Assembly: GCA_049598495.1 (NCBI GenBank)
Contig: JBMYNR010000025.1
Span: 1-24,579 of the forward strand
From: Opitutales bacterium
Lineage (GTDB): Bacteria; Verrucomicrobiota; Verrucomicrobiia; Opitutales; Coraliomargaritaceae
Direction: 5' to 3'
DNA: 24,579 bases
The position numbers and the translations under genes are program-made. Every line of letters starts with the position of its first letter. Within the stretch, counting starts at the first letter, position 1. Below are positions 1 to 10,811 of this stretch, in pieces. Under the pieces are notes generated by a model. The model ran no database searches, had not been told where the DNA came from, and saw only the letters and a program-made list of their open reading frames with translations.

Positions 1-82
1 CGCACTTCAGTGCGCTCCTGCGTGGAACACGGCTCGCGCCTTGCCAAAGCCAATTATGGATCTCATGCAATAAGCGGGCTAG
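1..82. repeat. Partial MITE-like/structured repeat running off the left edge; its terminus overlaps the PEPCK TAG stop (CTAG)
   Basis: Hairpin cgcact-tc-agtgcg at 1-14. The reverse complement of 66-82 (CTAGCCCGCTTATTGCA) matches 24525-24541 at 15/17 positions. Non-coding. Confidence 0.4.
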
Positions 83-3000
83 TTCTCGATGGGTTGTCGA
101 CCCAGTGTGCCGACCAGCGTCTCGGTGTATTTTGCGGAGCGAACGCTTTCCAGTTTTTCTTTAGCGGCGGTCAGGCGTGATTCGATGTTGAGGCGTTTGG
201 CCACGCCCGTGTGTGTCTCCCGTTGCAGGAAATTCTGAAGGTATTCGACGTGCTTCTTCCATAATGCGATATCATGTGCTTGCTGGCTTTGGAGACGTGC
301 GGCATACCAATCGCTTGCGAGCATGGACTCGCGTGTGAAGAGCTCACGTATCTTTGGCGAGTCGAGACCTTCGCCCTCGTATTGGCCGTCTCTCATAATA
401 TGAAGAAGCGCTTTCAATGGCGGGCAGGCCTCTTCGACCGAACCATCTAGGAAGTAGTTTTCGGCAACCTCCTTATGGGCGGCGACGATCGTTTCCATAC
501 CTTCGACGAAGGTGGCCATATCCTGAAGCTCAGGCTTGAGCATTTCTTCGTTCAGCACGGAGGTCGGGTTGTTGAATACACGACCAAAGAAAATACGGGC
601 AAACTTCGCGGTGATCCGATAACCGATGCGGCTGGCCAGAATCTTTCGGCCTTCATACTCGAAATCTTCGACCTTTTCGAGGTAGCCGTGTTCGATCATC
701 CAGTTTGGATCCGATTCATGCCTTTGAAGTCGGCACCAGATCTCGGGGACGAGTAAGCTAATGTCGTGGTCGACCCGGTAGTGCGGTCCGACGTAGCCGG
801 CTGCGGTAATGAAGGCGGGTTGCTCCGTGACGAGGTAGGCAACGAGTGCGTTGTTCAGATCGTAGATCGGAGGCAGCGCGTTAAATGGTGCCTTGGTCAA
901 GGCACCTTCCGAGCCCGCACCTGTGGTGGATGGTGATTTGCCGGTAATACTTGCGATATACTCCATGAAGAGCTCAGGCAGCTCCATATAGTGGATCGGA
1001 TTATTGACACATAGTGGTTTGACGCCCGATTCCGGGTCGGCCGGATTATTACGACGACCGGGGAGGATTGAGGTGACCGGGCGGAGCAGCGCCGACTGCG
1101 AATCCTGACGGCGGTAGAGACGTGAGCTCAGGTCGGCCAGATAGAGTGCACGGGGATCCTTGAGGTCCGGGCGGACCTGCAAATAGCGCGGGTTTTTGGT
1201 CGGCTTGCCATCGACGATACGCGGATAGGCGTTGGTGCAATAGTGGTCGGGAGACTCACTTTTGTTGAAGTTCAGCACCATGTTGCGCATCGGTTCGGTG
1301 TATTGCCCGAAGCGAATGGCATCTTCGACCTCGTCTTGAACAAAATCGCGGTCGAGTGGCTCGTAATTACTGAGGAAGCTGCCGAAGGAACTGAGGTCTT
1401 CCTCTGCGGCCTTGTCGTAGCCGCGTATGATCGCGTCGTCGGGGCGTTGGAAGAAGCGATATTCACAGTTGTAGACGAACTTCGCGGAGGGCAGTGACCA
1501 GCCGGGAGGTAGGTGACTGAGCTTCGAAGTGGGCGCGACAGTGGACGCGGTGATATCGTCCTCGAGCGAAATCTTGTTTGCTGGAATGAAGTCCTTGCGC
1601 AGACCGAAGGTCCGCCAAGAGCCGTTCGCGGTGTATCCGACACGCAGATACTGGGTGAGCATCTGTTGCTCACGATAGCGGAGGATGTTGCCGGGTTCGC
1701 CGTTGATCAGGTCGACACTGAAGCGCCTGCGCCAATCCTCACCCCAGTCTTCTTTGTAGAAGCGCTTAATGATTAGGACGAGTTCCTTGACCTGCTGCGG
1801 AATGCTTCTCAGCCAAGTGTTATATTCGGCGGTGTAATCAATCTCCGAGGGCGTGAGCAGCTTCACTACGGAACCAAGCGAGCGCTCTTTACTTAAGAGT
1901 GGGCGGCCCTGATCCTTGTTCCTGGCCGGATCGGCAAAGCGTTGTCCGTATTGTTTGGCGATGATTTCTTCCGCTAGGTCGAAATCCTTTTCGTAATCAC
2001 TGACGAAGACAGGCCCGGAGATGATCGCGTCGGTGATCGGCTTCGAGATCTCGGATTTGCCACCGCCGGAAACGGTGCAGGGCTTGTGACAAACCCGGCT
2101 CTCGGCGGTGTAGCCCACCAGACGCCAGCGACGACCATCGGCTGGCTTCATCATCTCGACCTTGTAGCCAGAGGGTAGGATATAGGTGCATTCAGGGAGG
2201 AGTTTGATTTCTTGGTCCGCTCCGTCCTTTTTCCAGGTGATGCGCTGAGTGTTCAACTCGATACGCGCATCCTCGGGCAGGTAGATGATACTTGTGTAAT
2301 TTTTGTCGATTGCGTATCCCTCGGCCTTCACGTCGATGCGATCTGCATAGCGAGCCACGACGCCGTCGAAAGTCTGGTCGACCTCCGGATAGTATTGGCT
2401 GAGTTGGAAGTCTTCACCCAGATCGTAACCGGTAAAGGCGAGTGTGCCCCCAGCGTGCTCTTCCTCGGCCATCCCGTGCAGGTTGGCGGAGAAACCGATC
2501 TGGGTTTTGACCTCCTTTTTGCAGTATCCGAAGTAGTTGTCTGCGATTGCGGTGACCACGACTCCGTTTTGATCGCGGCAGGTAATTTTGAAGGCGCCCC
2601 CGTCGTTGTAGAGCTCGTCCTCTTTCTCCCAGCACATGCCATCGCGCTTCTGGCGCTCCGTCGCATCCTTGATGTGAGGGAGTCCAAGTTCCTTCTTGGT
2701 AGTGCCCATTAGGTGGGGGGCCAGGATCACGCAGCCACTGTGGCCGGTCCAATGCTCAGGATCCAGTGCGGCATCGTTTTCAGCCACGTAGGGGTCGCCG
2801 CCATTGCCGAAGATCGATTCTACAAAGTCGAGGTTGCTGACCAAGTTACCCGGAGCGAAAAAGCGGACTTCGAGTTTCTTCTCTTTGGTGAATCCGTCGA
2901 CCTCGGGGATGACGACCGGTCTGAGCAAGAGAGAAACCCAAGCGTGTGCCTTGTCCTCCTGGTTTGCCAGAAAGGGTAGCGCCGTGAGAGAATCGGGCGC

Positions 3001-3540
3001 GCACTTCAGGGCTTTCGCAAAAAGGCGTGCCGCGGCTAATTTGGGCACCGCTTTCTTATCATTGGGAATTGGAAGCCCCCCCTCAGTGACATGGAATACG
3101 CCTTTGGTGGTGCGACGGTCGCTCTTCGGGTTGTGGAGTACTCCCTGCTGGATGCGGTAGGAATCGATGATTTCCGAAGAGAAGTGATCCCCTTTGGCCG
3201 GGAGCGAGAGAGTGCGTGCTACCCCATGGCGATCCAGGACTAAAGTATCCGTTGGGAGGCGTGGGATTGCCTCCGAATCGAGGTCGCTGAAATACGCATC
3301 CAAAAAAGACTGTACGCGTTGGTCGCAAGGAGGTAAATAGTCCGCCAAGAGACGGGACTTCTCTTGATAGCTCGCGAGGAGGGTCTTGCTCAAACTGGTG
3401 AATCGTGAATCCTCGATACCCTCAAAAGTCGGCTGCCCGACAGAGGTCAGCTTCAAATTAACATACTCGAGAAGCGATTGCTCATCGTGGGCGAAGGCTG
3501 CCGTTTTTGGATCAAGTCCTAGCTGTATGGTGAATTCCAT
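79..3540 (-). CDS. PPi-type (pyrophosphate-dependent) phosphoenolpyruvate carboxykinase, 1153 aa
   Basis: Size of about 1150 aa plus motifs I recognise from the PPi-PEPCK family: LHNPKSDRRTTKGVFH, DNYFGYCKKEVKTQI, EEEHAGG, P-loop-like HKPCTVSGGGKSEISK, GKSPSTTGAGSEGALTK. AAGGA lies just upstream of the ATG. Confidence 0.85.
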   Translation of the reverse strand: MEFTIQLGLDPKTAAFAHDEQSLLEYVNLKLTSVGQPTFEGIEDSRFTSLSKTLLASYQEKSRLLADYLPPCDQRVQSFLDAYFSDLDSEAIPRLPTDTLVLDRHGVARTLSLPAKGDHFSSEIIDSYRIQQGVLHNPKSDRRTTKGVFHVTEGGLPIPNDKKAVPKLAAARLFAKALKCAPDSLTALPFLANQEDKAHAWVSLLLRPVVIPEVDGFTKEKKLEVRFFAPGNLVSNLDFVESIFGNGGDPYVAENDAALDPEHWTGHSGCVILAPHLMGTTKKELGLPHIKDATERQKRDGMCWEKEDELYNDGGAFKITCRDQNGVVVTAIADNYFGYCKKEVKTQIGFSANLHGMAEEEHAGGTLAFTGYDLGEDFQLSQYYPEVDQTFDGVVARYADRIDVKAEGYAIDKNYTSIIYLPEDARIELNTQRITWKKDGADQEIKLLPECTYILPSGYKVEMMKPADGRRWRLVGYTAESRVCHKPCTVSGGGKSEISKPITDAIISGPVFVSDYEKDFDLAEEIIAKQYGQRFADPARNKDQGRPLLSKERSLGSVVKLLTPSEIDYTAEYNTWLRSIPQQVKELVLIIKRFYKEDWGEDWRRRFSVDLINGEPGNILRYREQQMLTQYLRVGYTANGSWRTFGLRKDFIPANKISLEDDITASTVAPTSKLSHLPPGWSLPSAKFVYNCEYRFFQRPDDAIIRGYDKAAEEDLSSFGSFLSNYEPLDRDFVQDEVEDAIRFGQYTEPMRNMVLNFNKSESPDHYCTNAYPRIVDGKPTKNPRYLQVRPDLKDPRALYLADLSSRLYRRQDSQSALLRPVTSILPGRRNNPADPESGVKPLCVNNPIHYMELPELFMEYIASITGKSPSTTGAGSEGALTKAPFNALPPIYDLNNALVAYLVTEQPAFITAAGYVGPHYRVDHDISLLVPEIWCRLQRHESDPNWMIEHGYLEKVEDFEYEGRKILASRIGYRITAKFARIFFGRVFNNPTSVLNEEMLKPELQDMATFVEGMETIVAAHKEVAENYFLDGSVEEACPPLKALLHIMRDGQYEGEGLDSPKIRELFTRESMLASDWYAARLQSQQAHDIALWKKHVEYLQNFLQRETHTGVAKRLNIESRLTAAKEKLESVRSAKYTETLVGTLGRQPIEN

Positions 3541-3782
3541 TTCCTTGTTTGTTTTCGCTTTGATTCTATTTGGGAGCAGAAATTTTGCCGAAAGTCCTGT
3601 ATTTTCATTGATCGATTGGCAAGAGGAACCGACCGTTGTCTCCAGTTTGCAATGTTTGACGATACTTCGATAAGTTCTTCTTATCGTTACGCATCTTCTG
3701 ATAAGCGGACAGAATGGAGGCGTGTGCTCGCTCTGTGTCAGCCGACGATTGTGCTCAGTCGGGTGTGATATGCCTGTTTCGG

Positions 3783-4490
3783 CTATGGGTTATCGGCCTT
3801 GTTTGCTTCGTGGATGGCCACGATGGAAAAGGTCAGGCCAGTCGCTTTCACGCTGTCATATCCGGCGAGCTGTAGCTGTTCGGCAAGCGCCCGCTTGGTG
3901 GGGAAATTCTCGATTGTTCCGGCGAGATAATCGTAGGCACTCTTGTCGCCCGTTGCGATGGCGGCCACCCATGGAAGGATGTATTTCAGGTAGACATAAT
4001 AGAATGGGCGAAACCAAGGGTCCGGTTGGGAAAACTCGAGAACAAATAGACGGCCGCCGGGGCGTAATACGCGGAGAATTTCCCTCAGACCTTTCTGTCG
4101 GTCTTCGAAGTTACGAACACCAAAAGAGATGGTGACCGCATCAACCGAGTTGTCTGCTAGCGGTAATTCCATGCAGTCACCGAATGAAAACTGTATATTC
4201 TCGTAAGATGTTTTCTCGCGGCGCTTAGCGCGGGCTTGTTCGAGCATTGGCTCGCAGAAATCGAGCCCGGTCACCGGAATGTCCTCTCCGAGTCGGTCGC
4301 GTAGCTTAAATGCCACGTCGCCGCTGCCTGTCGCGAGATCGACCACATCCCGTGGTTTGCGGCGCTGCACGATTTTGGTCAGCACGCGGCGCCAGTAGAA
4401 ATCGATCCCTCCACTGAGTAGGTGATTGGCAAGGTCATAGCGGCCGGCAATGCCGGCGAACATCCGGCTGACTGATTTTCCTTCAGGCAT
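3783..4490 (-). CDS. ubiE: UbiE/MenG-family quinone biosynthesis C-methyltransferase
   Basis: [22 protein letters not shown]-binding [30 protein letters not shown] and AYDYL are typical UbiE/COQ5/MenG motifs. Confidence 0.9.
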   Translation of the reverse strand: MPEGKSVSRMFAGIAGRYDLANHLLSGGIDFYWRRVLTKIVQRRKPRDVVDLATGSGDVAFKLRDRLGEDIPVTGLDFCEPMLEQARAKRREKTSYENIQFSFGDCMELPLADNSVDAVTISFGVRNFEDRQKGLREILRVLRPGGRLFVLEFSQPDPWFRPFYYVYLKYILPWVAAIATGDKSAYDYLAGTIENFPTKRALAEQLQLAGYDSVKATGLTFSIVAIHEANKADNP

Positions 4491-4515
4491 GGAATTTTTA
4501 ATGATTGATGGCAGT

Positions 4516-6117
<1,602 letters not shown>

Positions 6118-6211
6118 ACTTTCTAGTTTGACAGTGTTTTCGCGATTCGAAGTATCGCTGCAACAGTAACTTTTGATTTTTAATTCCAGCAGGCTATCAA
6201 GCAAACTTAGG

Positions 6212-6532
6212 ATGTCCAATAACCTTACAAAACGCGATATCGTTCTCGATATTTATGATAAGACAGATTTTCCTCAAAAGGAAGTGCGAGAGACCGTGCA
6301 GTTAACGCTCGACGCAATCGCCAAGGCCTTGAGTGAAGGTCGTAATGTAGAGTTACGTAACTTTGGAGTGTTTGAAGTGCAGATTCGCAAGTCGCGTATT
6401 GGCCGCAACCCGAACAAACCCGAGACCGACGTGGTCATCCCGAAGCGGGCGGTGATCAAATTTAAGGCGGGCAAGGAATTGAAAGCGAAGCTCAAGGACA
6501 TGGATGTCGATGCCCTTGAAGCGGGTGATTAG
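6212..6532 (+). CDS. HU/IHF-family DNA-binding protein
   Basis: LTKRDIV...[14 protein letters not shown]...RIGRNP...[17 protein letters not shown] is the canonical HU/IHF pattern. Start at ATG 6212. Confidence 0.93.
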   Translation: MSNNLTKRDIVLDIYDKTDFPQKEVRETVQLTLDAIAKALSEGRNVELRNFGVFEVQIRKSRIGRNPNKPETDVVIPKRAVIKFKAGKELKAKLKDMDVDALEAGD

Positions 6533-6593
6533 GTCCTATTCGTTTTGTCAGTTCTCGTCAATCGACCCTTTCCATTCACTCGGGAGGTTTTCT

Positions 6594-7928
6594 ATGCAGT
6601 TTGAAACCCTACCAGGATTTCGAGAGTTTTATCCGGATGCTTGTGCCCGCAGGAATCATGTATTTGGGCGCTGGCGGTATGTTGCGCGCGCATTTAACTT
6701 TCTGGAGTACGATGCGCCCGTCCTCGAACCTCTCGAGCTCTATATCGAAAAGTCAGGCGAGGAGATCGTTGGGCAACTCTTTAATTTCGAGGACCGGGGC
6801 GGTCGCGCGGTCGCGCTCCGGCCGGAGATGACCCCATCGCTGGCGCGCTTGATCGGTGCCAAGGCCAACAGTCTGAAGCGCCCGATCAAATGGTTCAATA
6901 TCGGGGAGCATTACCGTTACGAGCGTCCTCAGAAGGGCCGCTTACGTGCTTTCTACCAGTTTAATGTCGATATCTTTGGTGAGCCGGGCCCGAGTGCAGA
7001 TGCCGAGCTGATTGCTCTGCTTGCGCAAAGTCTCCAGTCATTCGGGTTGGGGCGGACCGACTTTAAGATACGTCTCAGCGACCGTGACTTATGGTTGCTT
7101 ATACTCGCAGCCGAAGGGCTCGATGCGGCTGGAAGTGCCGAGGTGCTGGGGATCATCGACAAGCTTGAGCGCACGGAACGTGCAAAGACGATCGAGAAAC
7201 TCTCCTCTGTCTTCGGTCGCGATGCGGGGGCCTTTTTAACTAAGATCGAAGAGGTGATTTGCATTCGAGATTTCGACGCTTTGAAAGTTTACATCGAAAA
7301 GCTGCCACTCGAGGGTGATCTCACCGAGCAGGCGAATGCGCGGCTTCAGGACTGGTCCCAGCTCATGGATCATTTAACTGCCTCGGGTGTGGCGGATTTT
7401 ATTCGGATCGATCTCGGAATCGTACGGGGGCTCGCTTACTACACGGGCTTTGTTTTTGAGGCCTTCGAAGCCAGTGGGGATGGGCGTGCGCTCGCTGGTG
7501 GCGGACGCTATGATGCACTCGTCAAAAAACTGGGTGGTCCGGATATGCCTGCAGTCGGCTTCGCAATGGGTGATGTGACATTGGTTGATTTACTTGAGAG
7601 TAAATCCTTGATGCCGGCCTATCTGCAGTGTCCCCAGTTCATCGCTATCATTGGTGGCGAGGCCGAGCGCAGAGCGGCCTTGGCTGATGCGGCCCAGTTG
7701 CGCTCCCTTGGTTATCAGGTTGAATACCCGCTTAAGAACCAAGGCTTTGGAAAGCAGTTCAAGTCGGCCAATCAATCCGGTGCCCGTTTTGCTCTCATCT
7801 ATGGAAGTGAGGAGCTTGAAAAGGGCGTTATTAAGGTGCGGGACCTTGCAACCGGGAACGAATCTGAGATCGTGCGTAAGTATCTTCTCAAGCAGGTGGG
7901 GTCTTTGATTGAATCCGGGTTAGAGTAG
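6594..7928 (+). CDS. hisS: Histidine--tRNA ligase
   Basis: LPGFREFYP, ALRPEMTPSLAR, motif 2 YRYERPQKGRLRAFYQ, VRGLAYYTG, GGGRYD and a C-terminal anticodon-binding domain. GGGAGG RBS at 6582-6587 before ATG 6594. Confidence 0.93.
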   Translation: MQFETLPGFREFYPDACARRNHVFGRWRYVARAFNFLEYDAPVLEPLELYIEKSGEEIVGQLFNFEDRGGRAVALRPEMTPSLARLIGAKANSLKRPIKWFNIGEHYRYERPQKGRLRAFYQFNVDIFGEPGPSADAELIALLAQSLQSFGLGRTDFKIRLSDRDLWLLILAAEGLDAAGSAEVLGIIDKLERTERAKTIEKLSSVFGRDAGAFLTKIEEVICIRDFDALKVYIEKLPLEGDLTEQANARLQDWSQLMDHLTASGVADFIRIDLGIVRGLAYYTGFVFEAFEASGDGRALAGGGRYDALVKKLGGPDMPAVGFAMGDVTLVDLLESKSLMPAYLQCPQFIAIIGGEAERRAALADAAQLRSLGYQVEYPLKNQGFGKQFKSANQSGARFALIYGSEELEKGVIKVRDLATGNESEIVRKYLLKQVGSLIESGLE

Positions 7929-8098
7929 CTAGCAGTACCTTGGCGATTGCCATGGAGGCAGTTTCTCAGTTGTAATACCCCTTCGCTTTAAGATGGGTTG
8001 TCGCCGACTTTCTGCTTACCATGCATGTAATGAGGCCTTCATTACCCTTGAATATTGTAAGTCGTTTAACAAATCCTGTGTATATTTAAAATTAGACC

Positions 8099-9787
8099 AT
8101 GGCAAAGTCCGCACCTGAATTTCATTATCAAAAGCAGTTCCCTCTCGGGGAGGATCAGACGCAGTATCGTCTCTTAACGGATGAGTTTGTGGAAACGGTC
8201 GATTTTAACGGTGAGCCCGTCGTGAAGGTGGATCCCCAAGCGCTGACCTTCCTCGCAGAATCCGCTATGAAGGAGATTTCCTTCAAGTTGCGAACAGAGC
8301 ATCTCGAAAAAGTGGCGGCCATTCTCGATGACCCTGAGGCGACCGAAAACGATCGGACGATTGCACTTACTATGCTACGGAACGCAGAGGTTTCGGCTCA
8401 TGGGGTGCTTCCTTTTTGTCAGGATACCGGTACGGCCATTATTCTCGGTAAAAAGGGCCAGCGGGTTTGGACTGGCGGTGGGGATGAGGCGGCCCTCTCG
8501 CAGGGTGTTTACAATACCTATGTGAATGAGAATCTCCGCTATTCTCAAATGGCGCCACTCTCTATGTATGAGGAGAAGAACACCGGCTGTAATCTGCCTG
8601 CCCAGATCGATCTACTGGCGACCGACGGTGACAGCTATGATTTTCTCTTTGTTGCCAAGGGGGGAGGGTCGGCCAACAAGACTTTCTTCTATCAGGAAAC
8701 GAAGGCGCTCCTGAATCCGGCCAATCTTGAGAAGTTCTGTATCGAGAAAATGGGTCATCTGGGCACGTCGGCTTGTCCGCCGTATCATATCGCTTTTGTT
8801 ATTGGCGGTACCTCGGCAGAGACTTGCTTGAAAACAGTCAAGCTTGCATCGACCAAGTTCTACGATGAGCTGCCGACGGAGGGGAATGAGTATGGTCAGG
8901 CTTTTCGTGACACTGACTTGGAAGGCAAGCTTTTGGAATACACTCGTGAAATGGGCTATGGGGCTCAGTTTGGTGGTAAGTATTTCGCATTGGATGTCCG
9001 GGTGATTCGGCTACCTCGCCACGGTGCGTCCTGTCCGGTCGGCCTTGGGGTTTCCTGCTCCGCGGACCGCAACGCCAAAGCCCGGATTGACAAGGACGGG
9101 ATCTGGTTGGAGCAGTTGGAAGACAATCCAGGCCGTTTCATTCCTGAGAAAACGGAAGCCGCGAAGCCGCAGGATCCTGTTGTCGTGAACCTGAATCGGC
9201 CGATGAAGGAGATTTTGACTGAACTGAGCCAGTATCCGGTGGCCACGCCTCTGTCGTTGAATGGGACGATTGTGGTCGCACGTGACATTGCGCACGCGAA
9301 GATCCAGGAGCGTTTGGACAGGGGTGAAGGCATGCCCGATTACTTCAAGAACCATCCGATCTACTACGCAGGTCCTGCGAAAACTCCGGCGGGAAAGCCA
9401 TCCGGTTCCTTTGGTCCCACGACGGCGGGGCGTATGGATAGCTACGTTCATCCATTTCAGGCAGCGGGCGGCTCGATGATTATGTTAGCCAAAGGTAACC
9501 GCTCGCAGCAAGTTACGGATGCCTGTATGGAATTCGGCGGGTTCTACCTTGGTTCGATTGGCGGCCCAGCGGCTCTGCTCGCGGAACATAATATCAAGAA
9601 GGTCGAAGTCCTTGAGTATCCTGAATTGGGGATGGAAGCCATCTGGAGAATCGATGTGGAGGATTTCCCTGCTTACATTTTGGTCGATGATAAGGGGAAC
9701 GATTTCTTCGCCGATGTACGCGATGCCTGCTCGCAATGTGCTTTGCATGCATATGAAAATGCGCGTGCCGAAATGACTGCGAAGTAG
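8099..9787 (+). CDS. Class I (Fe-S) fumarate hydratase, FumA/FumB type
   Basis: [58 protein letters not shown] and C-terminal DDKGNDFF. Confidence 0.95.
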   Translation: MAKSAPEFHYQKQFPLGEDQTQYRLLTDEFVETVDFNGEPVVKVDPQALTFLAESAMKEISFKLRTEHLEKVAAILDDPEATENDRTIALTMLRNAEVSAHGVLPFCQDTGTAIILGKKGQRVWTGGGDEAALSQGVYNTYVNENLRYSQMAPLSMYEEKNTGCNLPAQIDLLATDGDSYDFLFVAKGGGSANKTFFYQETKALLNPANLEKFCIEKMGHLGTSACPPYHIAFVIGGTSAETCLKTVKLASTKFYDELPTEGNEYGQAFRDTDLEGKLLEYTREMGYGAQFGGKYFALDVRVIRLPRHGASCPVGLGVSCSADRNAKARIDKDGIWLEQLEDNPGRFIPEKTEAAKPQDPVVVNLNRPMKEILTELSQYPVATPLSLNGTIVVARDIAHAKIQERLDRGEGMPDYFKNHPIYYAGPAKTPAGKPSGSFGPTTAGRMDSYVHPFQAAGGSMIMLAKGNRSQQVTDACMEFGGFYLGSIGGPAALLAEHNIKKVEVLEYPELGMEAIWRIDVEDFPAYILVDDKGNDFFADVRDACSQCALHAYENARAEMTAK

Positions 9788-9899
9788 GCGCGAAATCTAT
9801 TCATTTTCTCGTGATTCGCGTTTTAATGACTCACATCTGAATTGCAGAAAATTTCTTTTTCCATTTGAGAACCGTGCGGATTCTGTTTCTTTTAATACA

Positions 9900-10298
9900 G
9901 TGTATCGGTTTTTGATCATACCACTACTTCCGGCCTTGATCGTCTCACAGAGCCACAATTTCTGGGTCCCTGTGTGTATGGATCAGTTGGGGACTTGTCT
10001 GGACGATTCTCTTTTGTTGGAAAAGGCAGAGCATTGCCCCTGTGGAGAAGCGGATGGTGCGACAACTCAGTCCTGCTCTCAGGAATGCCCGGTTTGTCAT
10101 CTCGATCATGCAGGTGAACTTTATGTTTATTCAGGCACCAGTTGCATTGAGCGCGAACATTCGTCTCCGCTCTATGTGGCGCGAGTCATTGACCGACTGG
10201 GCCTGTGCCTGAGGGAGCCTAGTGGCTATCTCTGCTTTAATCGTGCTGCGCCACCGAGATTGAGTGTCGCTAAGGAATTTGCTGTACGATTGCTGTGA
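9900..10298 (+). CDS. Cys/His-rich exported hypothetical protein; putative DUF2946/CruR/CutF-like metal-sensing leader ORF
   Basis: GTG start, hydrophobic N-terminus, 10 Cys including HCPC and CSQECPVCH, C-terminal RAAPP. Lies directly upstream of an HMA-domain gene. The family assignment is inference. Confidence 0.6.
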   Translation: MYRFLIIPLLPALIVSQSHNFWVPVCMDQLGTCLDDSLLLEKAEHCPCGEADGATTQSCSQECPVCHLDHAGELYVYSGTSCIEREHSSPLYVARVIDRLGLCLREPSGYLCFNRAAPPRLSVAKEFAVRLL

Positions 10299-10395
10299 GC
10301 GAGTGCGCCGACCGCGCAACTCGTAAATATCGAATAAGTAAGTGGGCGCTCAACAGCTCCGCTTTCTGAATTTATTTTTAATCAGCATTCATATA

Positions 10396-10809
10396 ATGAA
10401 AATCCATACATATTTTTCTATTCTTCAATTAACATGTGCCTTCTTGCCGCTTCAAGCGGATGAGGCGGCACTCGAAGTCAGTTCTGAAACACGACTAGAG
10501 TCAGCCTCAGAACATCTTACCGGTCAGCCAAATCAAATTGCGGTCTACACGAAAGGTTTGATCTGCAGTTCCTGCGGTATCGGTATTCGCGTCCATAACA
10601 AGAAACTGGATTTTGTGGACATCGGCAAGTTCCGTCAGGGCATTGAACTCGATATTAAGAATCAGCTGGTAATCGTCGCTCTCGAGGAGGGTGAAGACTA
10701 CGATGCCAACTTAGTTCGTGATGCGATCCGTAATGCAGGCTACGAGCCAGTGCATTATTACTTTTGGGACGGCAAGGCTGTCTTGATGCAACCCTTCGCG
10801 GAGAAATAA
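10396..10809 (+). CDS. Exported heavy-metal-associated (HMA) domain protein, CopZ/MerP-like
   Basis: Signal-peptide-like N-terminus (MKIHTYFSILQLTCAFLPLQA-DE), KGLICSSC metal-binding loop, and C-terminal DAIRNAGY helix typical of the HMA fold. Confidence 0.75.
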   Translation: MKIHTYFSILQLTCAFLPLQADEAALEVSSETRLESASEHLTGQPNQIAVYTKGLICSSCGIGIRVHNKKLDFVDIGKFRQGIELDIKNQLVIVALEEGEDYDANLVRDAIRNAGYEPVHYYFWDGKAVLMQPFAEK

Positions 10810-10811
10810 GC

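Noticed and set aside
6128..6160. Perfect TTGACA hexamer upstream of the HU gene
   Set aside because: No acceptable -10 element at 16-18 nt spacing, so no promoter is called.
6118..6219. Longer N-terminal versions of the ClpX-like and HU ORFs from the ORF track
   Set aside because: The extensions overlap each other in a divergent promoter region and lack homology-like content; the internal ATGs at 6117 and 6212 fit better.
6594..7928. HisZ (ATP phosphoribosyltransferase regulatory subunit) as an alternative to HisRS
   Set aside because: The C-terminal anticodon-binding domain and intact motif 2 and histidine-binding loop support a true synthetase.
9724..9787. C-terminal CxxC (CSQC) on the fumarase, next to the metal module
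   Set aside because: E. coli FumA/FumB also end with a CxxC-containing tail, so this is a family feature.
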